NCBI GenBank assembly: GCA_964035545.1
Contig: OZ037768.1
Coordinates: 23,593,319-23,657,318 of the forward strand
Source of the DNA: Bugula neritina
Lineage: Eukaryota; Animalia; Bryozoa
Direction: 5' to 3'
DNA: 64,000 bases
Shown here: positions 24,182-45,376 of the stretch, one piece after another
Position numbering within the stretch: position 1 is the stretch's first letter
How the letters are laid out: each line of letters begins with the position of its first letter
The notes under the pieces: generated by a model
The model's input: only the letters and a program-made list of their open reading frames with translations
Databases searched by the model: none
Told to the model about the DNA's origin: nothing
Program-made: the position numbers and the translations under genes

Positions 24182-27100
24182 AGCTAGTATTTTTATAGAC
24201 AGTGTCAAAGTTGCACTAGCTGGCCCAGCCTGACATTTTCCAGCCTAAAATCACTCTACTGACCTTTAAAAACACAAATAATTAAGTCATTAAAAGAAGT
24301 CAGCAGTGACTCATGCAGGGCTGCCAGATAAGAGAGCATCTGCTGCTAGTCTGCTATGAATTTATATATACTACTCTGTATCCTATTGCATGATTATATT
24401 ATGTCTAACACCCTGCTTGTACAAGATACAATAAACTTATTCTATTGAATGTTATTCTTTAAATTATGTTCTTCATAAATAAAATAATATATTACTACAG
24501 TATAAAATAATATATTACTACTGTATAAAATAATATATTACTACAGTATAAAATAATATATTACTACTGTATAAAATAATATATTACTGTTGTATAAAAT
24601 AATATATTACTACTGCATAAAACAATGTATTAATATGATATAACATACATGTGTTATTCATGTATTATTTATGTATAATAATATATACTAATACATATTA
24701 TTTTTCACCATAATATTTTCCCTGTGCAAAATCAAAATCTCATAAAATTAAAACAATTTGTTTATTTCCAGCTGAGAAATAAACTATAATTATTGACAAT
24801 TGTAATAAGCCAGTAAGAATTTGCTAGCCAAGTAATCACAAGTAAGGGTGGCGCAGTGTGTGCTCTTCAACACAAAGGGAGAACCTTGGGTTTGGGAGGT
24901 AAAAACTGTAGCAGAAAGTCAAGTGAAAGCATAAATACCTACTAGAGACTTAAGTTGAAGTAGTTACTCAATTATATCTCAAGTAACACTTAAATCTACT
25001 TAAACAAATTGACAGTAATTTAAAACCAAGGTCCCAGCACAAATGGTTGCTATTTATGATTATATACAGTAGATTTTCCCACCTGAGCTATGCATAGCCC
25101 AAAACTATACAATATATTAGTGTGTAGAGGGTGGGTCTGCACCATGCCACATTACTTTTGAAGCAGATGAAAGCGAGACTAGTTAAGTTACCAATTGCTT
25201 TCATATTTAGACATAATGTATCAAAAACTGAGCTACATACAGAATTGCCATAAATATTCTATTTTCAACTCTGCTACACCTTAAAAAAACTAAACATGGT
25301 CACAAAATAGCCTGAAGGAAGTTGAAATACAACCATAAGTTTTACAGATACATAACATTATTTCGATAAGAAAGTTATTTGTTTCCATGACAACGCATAC
25401 ACAAGATGTCTAATGAATCACATAGATTTTCCTTTGTATTTCCTGCATTTAGCCATTTACTATCGGAGTTGTAGATTACTGGAAGTAGATGTTTTCCTGC
25501 TGATGTTAATTGTCCTACCTCGTAATAAGTTTACTATTATCTTTCAAATGACTGATGTTTGCCAGAATATGATTACAAAATTACATTACAAAATTACTGA
25601 GGGAATAGATAGTGCCACTGGATGATGGCAAACATAATCAAGTGGTTTGCTTTAATATTATTTAATTTAATGTTTGTTGGAAAGGTTATACAGATAACTT
25701 CATGTTTGTATTTTGATTGGACAGCCAGTTCTTAGGGACAAAGGTTAAAATAGTCCTCTAAAAGTTTATTTAAATTGTAATTAGTCCAAAGATATAGCCG
25801 CTATTAAAAAGCATTACAGTTTAAGAATCAATTTGTAAACATTACGTGATTGATTTCTGAGAATTTTAATTAATCAAATGTCAAATTTAAAGAGAAAATA
25901 TTTTTAGCAAAACATCAAAGGACACTAGGAGTAGGAAAACTAGAGGTGGTTGGTTGAGCTTCAAGAGTTGCATAATTTGGCAGGTGTGGGCAGGTTCTTG
26001 CTAGCACACACCTGCCATACGAGGGGAAACGTATATAAAGAATACCAAGATTGAGTACAAAGTATTCAGTAAATGAAGTGATAATAGCAGACAAATTGAT
26101 CAAAATGATAAGCTGAGTGGACCATTTCCACTGAGAGTCACCACGTAGTCTGAAATAAGTGCCACTAATTACAAGTTTGAATAAAGTCAGTCTATTTTTC
26201 CTTCTCTGCAGATACTACGTGAGATGAAGATTTTATAATTGCAGAATGAAGATAATTAGAAGTGAGTTAGTGCTCTGACACCTACAGCTATGGCATGTTT
26301 AGTTAGTCTACATCAAACAACTCTATCAAATAATGAGCAAAGGCTCCACTGAGTAAACAATTCACACCAACTTGTTAATGATGTCATGAGGGCAGATTAC
26401 TAAGCTATTTATATTCACAATAAGACTTATAAACAAAAATATTGTAGTATAATAAATTAATAGCGTTTTAGGAATGAAATTAAAGTTATATTTACAAGTA
26501 GTACGTTGACATAAAGAGAGAAAATATTATGAAGAGCCTTTACAGTGTTCATAGTACACAGAACTGATGCTATAACAGGATGTGTGTCAGCTACTGTATG
26601 TGATGGCGTAACAGCAATGTGATTGTGTTAGCTATGTGATGGAGAGGGAAATTTATACTTTGAAAGAATCACTCAGATTGGTGTCCAAGTTGTGTTAAAA
26701 CCGGCACTTAATTAAACATTGTAATTTATAAATTGCTAACAACTCTATTTTGAATTTTATACATTGCCATCAAGTTGTAGTGATGTTTGTATATGTAATG
26801 TGATTGTATTTGTAATGTAAACTATTGCATTTCTAATTGAGACATGTACATAAATTATTTATTCCCACACAGTGAAATGAGCTGCCCAGCAAATTACAGT
26901 TATTAGTCACAAATCAGACAGATATCACAAAGGTATTAGAAAGGTATCACAGAGGTATTAGAGATGTATCAAACAGGTATCAGACCAGCCTTAATAAATG
27001 TCAGAGAGGTATCAGGTAGTGATTCAAGGACAGACTGCATGAACGTTCGGTGAACAAACTTATTGCAAGAAGTAACACGAGCCTCAACAAACAGGCAATT

Positions 27101-30100
27101 GGTTATCCTCAACTTTATACTAAAACTTACTTTCCAAGCATAGTAATCCTGCATAGATAACTTCTAAACTGTACAGCTACAAACCTATCCGTGGAGTGAA
27201 TAAATTCGAGTAGAGGTATTTGTGTAATAGCTGTATGTAGACAGATGTAGGGGACCTGTGAATGATTAACTCTTTATATAGCTACATCTGGATGTGTTTT
27301 AGCCTTTATTGTTCTAATTAAACTGAGTAAAATATGTAGGATTAGCTTGCAGTTTTTGTGTTTAGTAAAGTCAACATGACCTTAACACATTTATATCGTA
27401 CTATACTAGATTGGAGGGAGAGAGGAGATTTAATAAAGCCAAACTATAATATAATAATTAGTTATATTTCCAACTATTAATAGAGATAACACTTTTAATA
27501 CCAATTAGATCCCCATGATAATTTGATATATAAGTAGATCAAAGTGCAATTATGTAGGGGATCTCATTTGATGTATGCTAGGAGGCTGCCTTTATTGCTT
27601 GTACAAGACTATTATCATTCACTAGTCTACTCAAAAGTGGTCCATAAAAATGCTATTCCACAGAGATCAACCTTTAGATCGTGCAAAATCTAGTCATGAT
27701 ATCATTAATATGGGAGGGAAGGGGGGCAGGGAAGGGAAAGGGAAGGGGGTATTCTTTCCTTTAGAGAATTAATACTCAGACTTTAAACAAGTAGGAAATG
27801 AGATTAGCAACCACTACTTCCTAGACTCTGATGGACATTCAACACCAACTAGCATAGAGCTAGATTCTAAGGCTACTAAAAGTGGAAAGATGATAATTAC
27901 TTTAGTAAATAACCAATTTCCAGAAATGGAACTTCTGACTAACAATTACATTCCAATCAAGGCTGAGAAGGCTGTTAGAATGTCATTAGATTTTCGTAAA
28001 TAAACTCATTAAAACACTTCTAACAAATACAGAAAAATTGTAGAACCTAAAAAATCCGAATACTTAAGAGAAATGCTATACAAGACCCTTCAACAGATTA
28101 TTAGCTTTAAATTTATGTACTTATACACCAGCCTACTATAACAGTATTTAGATTTGATTGTTTTCACTCTCTTTTGTTCCAACAATTTGCTTTAAATTCA
28201 AGTTCGTTTGTTAAAATAAGCTTGTTTTTTCAGTTTGTGCATATTGTGGTTGCTACAGGTGCTTACATGCAGTTAGCAAGTTTTGTACAAATGCCAAGTG
28301 TTCAACTATGTTATATGCATTATATGTAATTTTACTATACTATGTTATATGCATATGTAACTTCACTATACTATATGCATATGGAACTTCACTATACAGT
28401 GCAGGCTTAGATGAAACCGGCGCCACAGTTCTTCAAGTACTGGTCTCATTTGAACTGATCCGAGAAGTATCGTCAGCTTTAACATTCTTCTATTATTTCA
28501 TCATTTTAATCTTGTGTAGTTACTTTCTCTTACACAATCAGAGCAGTGGTGGAAAATTTGGCTCCTGTGTATTTAAGTTAAAAGTCTTTTAGTTGTTAAT
28601 GTCCCATTGGTCAGATGAAAAAAAGCTGTTGTATTAACTGCAACTATAATTCAGTTTCAGATTTTCCTTTGTTTCAAGTGTTTATTGTAATTGTGTACTT
28701 GTTTACAATTGTGTATTACAAAATACTAACACCCCACATCACCCTACCAGCATTTGAAAATGCTAAGTTGAATTATTCAACACAAATGGTATTTCATAAT
28801 TTACTTGCAAATATTATATTTTTAGAATTCCTGAGTTGCCCAGTCCAAATCTACCAGAACAGAACAGAACAGAAAGATTAGCTCAGACAAACTCGAAATG
28901 AGGTTAACACAAAAGACAATGAACTTGAGACTGCAGCTTTGAAAGTAACTCATCAGACTAGAGTTTTATTGCTCAGCACTTGGTTATACTTTTCTCAAAC
29001 CAGTAGTAAGTAAAGTCAAAGGTCACAGCATTGTTCTATTTTGACACCATTTGGCAAACTGGATGTTTTCAATCAAATCACAGCATAAATGTGTCTACAC
29101 AGAGTTCCACATCTGGTCTTTTGAGAACCATTTTAAACAACTGTGACAGGAATTAATAGAAAAAATGAATACAATTTGATTTTTGTAGCCATCAGCTTTT
29201 ATTTCAACAAGTGCACTTTCGTGTGTACCAAAGGGCTGGGAAGAATTAGACACACGGTTGCAATAGGGTATTATTATCAACTGGTATCAGTAGATTGCGA
29301 GTGACTAGAGAGCTGGGTGACAGATAATGAAGCACATTTCACGGCCAGTGGCAGTAGTGAATTAAAGACACAAAGCAATGAACCTACATACAGCACACAT
29401 TGTTTACAATTATTGTAACTGAATGAATCAATGAATATTTTACATACTGACTATTGATAAACATATGTTAAGATGAAAAAATTCCTTTGAGCCTTGTCTA
29501 ATCAACTGCCTGTAAAGCAGATAATGGGGTGACAATGATTGATCTACGAGGCAGCGAGAGAATTGCTGTGATTAGAGATCAATATCCTGGACGTACATTG
29601 TGCAGATCATTAAAGCTACAGCAGAAGATCTATCTGCATCAGTGGAACATGAAATGAGCCAGTAGAACATGAAATGACATGTAACCTAGTAACTGTGACT
29701 CCATCAAAGGCATGCGATGATTTTTTTCAATTTAAACAGCATCAAAGATCAAATAATAATATAATTATAATTGCCAAAACATCGGTGATGTTTGCCAAAC
29801 ACATAAGCAGCTTCTGTCAGAATAGAAGTGGCTGCCATAACATAAGAAGGCCGATTGAATCACTCAACTTGATTGAGTAGGACATATCTTGCTCAATCTC
29901 ATTTATTTTTTTACGACTTAGCAAAGTGAGAGTTGTGGTCAAACAAAACCAGAAAGAACAAAGACTGGCACAAATGACATTAGTTGGCTTGTGTATACAA
30001 CTTTTGTATCAGTTATTTAAATTAAAGATAAAAGACATCAATTGAAATATAAACATGAAATAATACCAAAAATAGACCCATAAACACATTCACTTAAGTG

Positions 30101-33100
30101 CATCCTGTCTTTCTATGTATCAGAAAACTGTTAGACACTCAATGAAAACAAAGAACTTGTAAACAAAATGCTTACAGTGATTAGTACTCCCATAAAAACT
30201 TACTAGATTACTGGACTTAAATGTTAGTAGTAGTGGTTTAGTTAAAACAGTCAAGAGCAAAAAGGTCAGTCATAGTAATAAATAAATTAAGTTTGAGAAA
30301 AAGCTGTTAGTTTAGCAAAAAAGCCTAAACAAAGGATTTTAGTCTTATAATTTACTTAATATACAAAAAATATAGAAAGAACACCTGCTAACTGCAAACA
30401 AGTAATCAATGGGGGTATTAAATAGGACTGAAGTTTGATGCTTCTTAGAAAACAACAGTGCAGGAATTCCAAGTCAAGAGAATTAATTTACTGATCTATC
30501 ATATACCTTAGCTAAACTCTAAATATCTAAAAACTGTAGCACTGAATGTTTATATTCATCACAAATATAATAGTAGTGAAATTTTCTTACCAACTGTAAT
30601 CAACACACCTACGAACTAATAGAAACAAACAAATTTAAAGGCTAATTTCCATATATTCAACTTGTTAGTATAACAACTACAATAATACAATATAACCGAT
30701 AAAAATAGTGAATATATAAATATTAATATAAATATGTACATGCTTAGAATCAATATGAGTCAAAGTCCATCTTTTAATATCTTTACACTCACTGCAGCTT
30801 TTTTATATATGGTATGCCTAACTCCACAATTTAAAATTATTACTAAAAATATTTTAAAATATTTATTAGGTTTATTTAGTAGCTTAATACTCATACTTTG
30901 CTTGTTGCAGGTAGTAGCATTATGATCAGTATGAGTATGAGTGAGTACAGTGTGAAAATCTGCAACTCACTAAAAGGAAAGGGGCTTTTCTAGCTTACAG
31001 TCTGTCCCCAGAAGTTTACTAGTACTTCTAGTCATTGTGATTTTCTTTACATGAATTAATATCTATACCAGACAACAGATGATATAAATAATAATATTAC
31101 ATCAGCACGTCAACAATCTAACAACTTAAAATAAAGCTTACTTTGATTTCATAAATAATTTAGGAGTATTAAAACAAGTACTTGTAAATAATAACATGTA
31201 ATAAGTAAAAGAAACACAATAACTTGAAGTTAATTTTATACAGATCCTTACAGTTATGGTAAAACCAAATGCAATAGTAAAACATTAACTGTAACATCAA
31301 CATGTAACAGAAACACTAACAGACACAGTGCCCAGTGGTGAGACTGAGTGGCAGGCACACCCATAGTCATACTCATACTCACAGAAACAGTGAAAGTATT
31401 ATATTAGATGGTAAATGTATTAGCATCAATATTTGAGTACTACACCCACAGTTGTCTTTATCTTAAAGTCTTTAAGTTTAATTTTAATAGATGAAAATAT
31501 ATTATCAATATAATACCTCATTAATCTTTAAGGTTAATGATTGTCAATACCTACACAGTTTTGTATAGAATTGATTATTGATTGTATTAAATTTAAAATT
31601 ATATAATAATAATAATTGTAATTGTTGAAAGAATTGTTATAAAAAGAAACTATAAGTATAAGTATATTCATAACTAATTTTACTCAATAACACTCAGTCT
31701 CACTCACAGTTTTACTTTTACTTTTAGTTATACTCCAACTACTTGTAGTTGTAGTTGTACTTCTATCTTTACTTATAGAAATTGCGTGAATAAGAAAATA
31801 ACTATAAGTAAGCTGTTTACCTGTTTATATTTATTAGCAGCCAAAGTGGAACAGGACTACTAAGTTTTTCTCTTCGTACTATCACTGTGACTATGCTTAG
31901 TTATTATTATCGCACATCAACATGAATGGGGAACCCGTGTTGGTACTTGCAATGTGATCGTTTTTCTATACAGTTGCAGAGTTAAGAGTATTGCCGCAGC
32001 TGTCTGTAAAATCAGCATGTGATTTGCTCAACCAATCAATTCATGATGTTGTTAGGTTCTCAGTCTATTTTTGTTGAAAGTTTGCGATTCAAAAACAAGG
32101 TCTCATAACCCTTAAATATACAATACTGTGTTATTCACAACACTGATCATGGCACAATTGAATACCAAGAGTTTTCAACCAAAAGTACAAATACTACCAG
32201 AAGCTCATTTTAAAAACTAAACAAGTATTTTGCTGATCGTTTGCAATTTCTTCTTGCTCTAAAGACTATAGTTAATATTGATAGCTTAAACGAATTGTAA
32301 TACAATATCCATTGCTGTTATTTATATATGGTACAATTGTTTTTCAGAGCTTGTATTAATTGATTAACCAGTGTTCAGTATACTTAATCAACTATAAACA
32401 TAGTGAAGTAGTCATAATATTATTATGCATGTTTTAAACATATATAGTAAATTCTTATTGCACAAATATCAATGGATTTAACATATTTATTAAACACTGT
32501 TGACATCAACCTGAAGTTGATGATTTGAGTTTAACAAATTATTTCTTAACTGCTACAACAGGACTTACAGTTTTTAATCCCAACAGAAACTTAGTTGATA
32601 GGAAGAATTTACAAAGGAACTAGAAAATTTTAGAGAGCAACCATTTTTAGTTAGGTAGTGTAAATGCTTGCTTAAAATTTACAGTTAAAATTCAGTTCAG
32701 CCTATCTAAAATTTTTATGAATCTAGCAGTAATAAAATATTTTGGCCGTAGTTCCATTATAGCTTCCATCACTCCAAAAAATATTTTGTACTATTATAAT
32801 AATTATTAATAATTAGTATAATTAATTATTATATTGTTTTATATTATTATTACAAGGTATATTTATTATTTGTGTACAACACTTTATTTTAATCAATCTC
32901 AAAAGATATCATCTACAACTTTGATCATATCAGCAGCAAGAATCTTTAATTAGAGCTCATTGTGAGATGACTAATGGAAATAGACATCAATTGAACTGTG
33001 ATAAGTTGGCATCAAACATGCAGACTACTGTAAGATTTGAACCACCAACTAGAAATGCTGTGATACAAAGTTACATAATAATCTTCAATATGTCCTTTTC

Positions 33101-33245
33101 AAACAACACATAAAATTAGAAAGACCATTGGGCATTATAATATATAAGATTTAGATGAAAGACAATTGGGTAAGTTTACAAAAATAACAGAAATTTGTAA
33201 ATGTTCAGTCAATCGACATGCTGCCAGGATCCTCTAAGTTCAAGG

Positions 33246-39188
<5,943 letters not shown>

Positions 39189-39701
39189 GATAATTATTAT
39201 TATAATAATAAAATAAAATACAACTATTATTTATTAATTAGAGTTGACATATCACATTTGGCATTAGCTTTGGTAGTTCAAATTAAAATTGCTTTTTCCT
39301 TCCGACTTTCAGCTTCAGTCTCTCTCTGACTCCCAGTCTGAGTCTCACTTCAAAGGCAAAGCAACTTTTAATTTAATTTTTTTTACATTATCATTACACT
39401 ATTAAATTAATTTTTATATATCTAGCACATAAATCTTCCACACAAAAATATAATTTTAGTATTGACTTAGTGTTAGTAGTAGCAGCTTAATAAATAGTTG
39501 CTAATGCATCCACTCTGATATTGAATTTGATAATAATTGATAGTGATGGACTGCAGTTTGAAGCCTTTTTATAATACTCGCTACAAGTTGTAGTGTAAGT
39601 TTTGAACTCTTTTTTATTTATTGAGTGTTCACATAGTAGGTTACATTACTATTACTGCATAAATGCGAACTGAGGCTTACGACAGACTGATCGCCTGAGA
39701 G

Positions 39702-39715
39702 GTGGAGTGACCAAT
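39702..39715 (-). promoter_or_regulatory. SRE-like element abutting a CCAAT box in the putative SQLE promoter
   Basis: gtggagtgaccaat: the minus strand reads TCACTCCAC (SRE consensus TCACNCCAC), directly adjacent to CCAAT, ~510 bp upstream of the SQLE ATG in a locally CpG-richer patch. Confidence 0.5.
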
Positions 39716-42646
39716 AAGAGGCTGATAGAAAGAGATTCGCATTATTATGTCGGATTATTATCGAAGATGACCTACGATACGCTGTTGCTACGGTACGCGT
39801 GGACGTTATTCACATTGTTATGGAGTTGTCTAATCAAAAAAGTCAGCGTAGCCTAAAAATCAACAGTGATATAAAAAGTTAACGGATAAGTTAACAAAAC
39901 TAATAAATTTGTAAGAATAGGCTAAGGGAAATCCCCGATTTTACCTTGAGTTTAGCTATATTATATCATTCAATAACTGGTGCCTAGAAATTTCACAACT
40001 GAAATAGCAGTTTCACTTTGATTTAAAGCTTCGTTCTTTACGATAACTGTGTTCATGAGGCTAAGCATAGTACATAAAATCAATTTTTATTGACACATAG
40101 TAATAGTACTGATTGTGATAATTTTCATCACTTGGTCTTTCATATTGATATTGATATTGATAATCATAAAACAGAGATTGGTTAAAGTTAAACTTTGAAG
40201 GTTGAAGTTATCGTTAGACTAAGACTTCGACTTGGTATTAATATTTTTTTTATTATCATTACTATTAGTATTACGCTCACAATGATGATGATATTGATCA
40301 TCATAATCATAGTGATAAAATAAATGTCCATATTCATGTTGAATATAAATACCAATAGCTATAGCCTATAGCCATAGGCAATATCAATATGGAAGAGAAA
40401 TTAGAAATAGCTTCAAGTTGAAGTTATATTTATAAGTGTATCACATGGGTTTACCGTCTCATAGTCACAGTATAACTACAACTACAAGTCTATAAGTATC
40501 ACCATCAGTATTTAAAAAACTAAATAAATGAGTAATTCACTAATAGTAATTGCATTATGATTAAAAGAAAAATAAATTTATCAATATGACTAAGTGAAAG
40601 TGATAAGACTAGGTGATTATTTCTTATTTTCTATTAGCATTAATTATAAATTCACAATTAATTTTAATATTGTAGATATTATAACGATAATTGTCATCAG
40701 TTATTGACTTACAGCTATTTATTTTTAATAAGTTAGTTAGTGACCTTAGCAAGTGAAAATAAATTGCTGTATGAGTATATAATTAACCATGATGATGATT
40801 AATTAGAATTGTTTCTTAGAATTTACTTACCTCAAGTTCAACTTTGACTATAGCAATTAATATTAGTATATGATGAGACACACTTCAACTACAATATAGT
40901 AATCATACTAATAGTATGCATTAATAATACTTATAATGATAATTGGTAATGATAATTATAATGATCATTGGTCTAACAGATTTAAAATAGGGTTATATCA
41001 TTAATTTTCTTTAAGCCGAATATAATTCAAATTATAGTCGACTGTTGAAATAACTGTTCATAATATTAGTGTTGATAAATTGTTTTTATATAAAATGATA
41101 AACTGTCCAAATGCTTGCTATAAAGGCTAGGCAGAAAGCTTAATTAGGAAATTCAGAATCTTGAAATGCCTTAATTTCAAAATCTTACTATAAGTCAATC
41201 AAAATTTAAAGTCAAATTAGTTGGTTGAGCAAGTAAAGTCCGGCTAATTTTACCAGGTCACCTAGGTCAAAGAGTTTCAAGTACTGAAGTCAACACTGTC
41301 TCCAATTGTTTGACAGTGTGGTTATATCCGTGTTCTACTTTCAGCTTGTTTGTTTGCTCTTAGGAATTATGGTTATACATACTGTTCATAGGGATGAAAT
41401 AATTGTACTGATGGTTATATTTAGTCACATACACTGCATATGCTATTGTATCGCACGTAGTCTGAGGCATGTGGTCACATGTATATATTAATATCTAGCA
41501 TTTGCAGTTACCAGAGAAAAATGTTCTAGTGAAAGAACATTATTTTATAGTAACTGATTGTTAGTTAATAAATCGTTTTTATTAAAGCGTTTGTAATTAT
41601 AATTTTAACTTGTACATTGTTCAGTATGATTTTATTTTGTGTATTGACTCATATTTTACCATTTAATGCTACTACCATTGTAAATAACTTTTGAAAAGTA
41701 TTAGAAAATAGAAAAGAGCTTGTATGAAATTTCTCTCTAACTAGTTATCACTAACCAAGATCAGAGATAATTGACAAAAAGTTAAAGTATGTGATTGCTT
41801 AATATTACGGATTCTTGACTTTCAGTGAACTAAGTCACTACAAAACAAGGTTTCTTCCCTGTAACTCTTATTTATAGTCTAGCAAAATGTACTTAGTCAG
41901 TTATTTATCAGATAAGAGTCACTATCGCACAGTGACTGACAGTCACCAACAATAACTGTAAGATAATCACTATACTACAGTCACTATAACTCAACAACAA
42001 TTACTATACAACATTACCACTATAAGAGTCACTATACGGCAATTAGTGTAAACAATTAGTGTACGAAATGGTTTTCATTCCTTGCAATGATTCACCTACT
42101 AAAAATAGAATTACACTGTAATTATTACTACACAAATATTGTGACCAGGCTGAGTAAACACTATGCACTCCACCTACTTTTATATGGTTGTTATCTGTTG
42201 AAATAGCAGAGTTTAGCTACTTTAAAGATAGGAATGAAATATACTTTCCTTTATCTATCTATAAGTAAATACAACATTCTGTTTGCTCTATTTGGCATTA
42301 GAGGACTTCACGACTGGTTGACTGAACATTATGTAGATATATATTGACTTTGGCAGTGTAATGCAATATTTTAAAATGCTGTAATAAATTGCTTACTAGG
42401 CACACAAAACATTTTGAATTGACAGAAGTTTACAAAAGGTGAATCAATATGCCTTTTATTTAATTTATTATGACATGTTTTTTGTAGAATAAAGTTTATT
42501 CACGATCTGTTTGCTGACAATTTTTGTGCATAGCAATAAACTTGAGTAAACACTAATGTTTCTTAGATGTAGTCACCTTGTATAAATCTAGCCTTCTGAC
42601 ATGTTAATAGGTTTTAAACGAGAATGTAGCAAGTTAATCCGGAAAT

Positions 42647-44073
42647 ATGGTTAAGAGTTCCCACAAACTTCCTCCAAAATCTGACAGGTAAGTGAATGAT
42701 TGCACATGAAAGACCTTTGATTTCCGCTATCATTTTACTATAGAATGTTTTGTACATTGTGAAATATCCGATGATGAAAGCACGTACTATCGTTCAGTCA
42801 TTATGTAACATAAGTCATGTATGTATAGTTGAAAAGAATATCACAGAACGTAGTATGATATTTCTATATCATATACAATTTAGTATAACATATAATACAA
42901 TTTCATATAATATGTAACATTTTTATTTTATGTGGATTCATTTAATATATCAAGTTTTATCGTGATATTTTGTGTCTTTGTGGTTAGAGCAATTAAGCAC
43001 CATCATGGCATATAAATGCATAACATAGAAATTGGTCTAAGTTTGCCTGATTTTTTATTGCAGTAATAATTTGCTAATGCTCGATTACAATGGGAAACGT
43101 TAATTTTATTAAAAGCAATTTTTTGAGATACTGATTTCTAACATTCACTAGTTACTGTTTAGGACTTTACTCCGTCTCATCAAAGCCAATGAAAATCTTG
43201 ACACCAGGAGCAAGTTGATCAAGTTATCACTGGTGATGAAAGAGCAAGGTCAGTGGTGTCAGGTGGTTAGTGTAGATCGAGTAGGGCTGTAGGGCTGTTT
43301 CTATAGGTTTTTTGAGTATAGAAAACTTTAATATGGTTTAATTGAATATTAAATATTTAAAAACTGTAAAGTTCGGTGCAGAATGTTGATATTTGTGTGA
43401 ACTGCAAATCTGAAACTTCTTAAAAACTCACTCATGCAAGTTTATAGTTACTATCCCTGTGAGAAACCCCTGATGGAAAGGGTTTTTGTTAAAGCGGGCT
43501 AAGGACTTATTTAGATGAAGCACAGGAGCAATTATGACTGAATGCCCTAACATCACCAATAGCCTTTGTCGGGGTTCGAACCCATGACGTCGTGTTCACA
43601 AAGCAAACGCTTTAACCCCTAGACCACAGCTGCTCCCTTAAATCTGAAACTTCTTAAGGTCATGGTGAATTAGTCATATAACCTTTGAAGTTTATGCTGC
43701 CAGTACTACTGTCACCAAATTTTTGTCATACCTCTGCTTGAATGTTGAGGGATTCCTTTTGAGTATTAGAATTAGTCAAGCTTCATACCGTGTTTACAAA
43801 TATACTCAATGATTTATAATTGTGTGTAATAAGGTTTTCTCCTTGGACCTGTGATGAGTGTTGTTGTTTCAATTAGATGAGTTAAAAACGGCCATTGCCA
43901 GTATAAAGGCAGCAATGTCTCAGCACGCCAACAGCAACGCACACTCTCCTTTGCTGCCTCAAGTTCAACATATCATATCTTCTAACTGCAAGACCGTTGC
44001 AGCTGGACGTGATGTCATTAAAGGATATGACATCACAACTCAACAAATTGTTGTGGATGATAATCAAAGCTAA
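42647..44073 (+). CDS. Hypothetical 107-aa protein (3 coding exons)
   Basis: Exons 42647-42687, 43163-43248 and 43877-44073 have good splice sites (AG|GTAAGT, TTTAG|, AG|GTCAGT) and matching phases 2 and 1. Only the joined frame of exon 2 is open. Protein MVKSSHKLPPKSDRTLLRLIKANENLDTRSKLIKLSLVMKEQDELKTAIASIKAAM...DDNQS. Confidence 0.55.
43424..43639 (-). mobile_element. tRNA-derived SINE with 18-bp target-site duplication
   Basis: Minus strand carries A box tggtctaggggtt and B box ggttcgaacccc, then a body and a short tgag tail. It is flanked by identical aaatctgaaacttcttaa at 43406-43423 and 43640-43657, and is homologous to the copy at 52943. Confidence 0.9.
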
Positions 44074-45376
44074 TTGACAAACTTTGTTCTATATATTATA
44101 TTCTCATGCGGGTTAACACAGTAGTGAAGATACTTACCTTTTTTGCTATAAGTATTTTATAACTAAGTTCTTTAATGTTGAAGTACGGATGTGCATTCTC
44201 TCTGGTGCCAGATGAGAGTACGTCTGCAGCAGTAAATGTTAGACTTACATTATTTACCAAACTGCAAACTTAATTTGACTGCAATATGGCTTTATATTCT
44301 TTCTATTTCACTGACAGATTTTGTACCTGAAATTGAATGATAATTAGACTCTGCATGTAACATAGTTTTGTAAATTTACTTTGCTCTAAATATTCACCTC
44401 TAATCGCTCATGCCTATCAACTTCCAGCTTTATAAAAGTAGAATTTTTTGTTGGACCAATTTTAGCCAAATAAAAACTTCTAAGGTGAAAGTTGAAATTA
44501 GAATTATAAGTTAATTTTCTCGACACAAAAATGTAATGTTAATGGTTTGCAGTTTGTCTAGCGTCATCTGTTCATCGTGTGATGATTAGTTTACTTTTTG
44601 ATTGCACTGCTTTTGACAATATTTTTCTTTTACTATGTTTATATATGCCAACTGACGCCTACAAGATTTTTATGGTTTATGCAGATTCGTTTTTATGTGT
44701 CGCATAAGATGGGTTTCAGACATTTTTTACGTGGCTAGATTTAGTGCACTGCTTATAAATGAGTATATTTTGTATAATTTTTTGCAGAAAAGATTTTTAT
44801 TTTATGATATTCTTTACATTATCTGCTCTGATTGTTTACCTACTACTGTTATTATCACTGTTTGCTTTATTAATATTGATTGCAATTTTATACAAATGAT
44901 TTAAGAAATTTCCAGAATAAATTTAATGTCAAAAAATAATTAATTTTCAAGTTTATAAAGCAACATAAATATTATTTATATAGCCGTAATATTTTACAGT
45001 ACTGATTGAATTGAGCAATAGTGATTGATTTTTCTTCCTACAAATGAGTTTACAGGACAAAGTTAGTTCAAACAAGTATTTGCATCCTAATAGTAAAATC
45101 CTATTTACCCAGAAGCAACTATAGACTGGTTTATATTAGTAATGGGGGGATATAGAGAGTCAGAAAGCACAGTTCACAGGCTAATAGTCTACAGAAGATA
45201 AGCAGAAGTTGAGTATATCAAATAGACGCATATCATACAAAGTATAATGATGACTCAATATGGTGTTAAAATTTGTTCAGGGATTAAATATTTATGATAG
45301 CTATAGCTGCATGTCTTGGTTCATCTGCATATCAAACATGTTTACAAGTTGTTAGCATATCTGATTAAAGAAAGTA

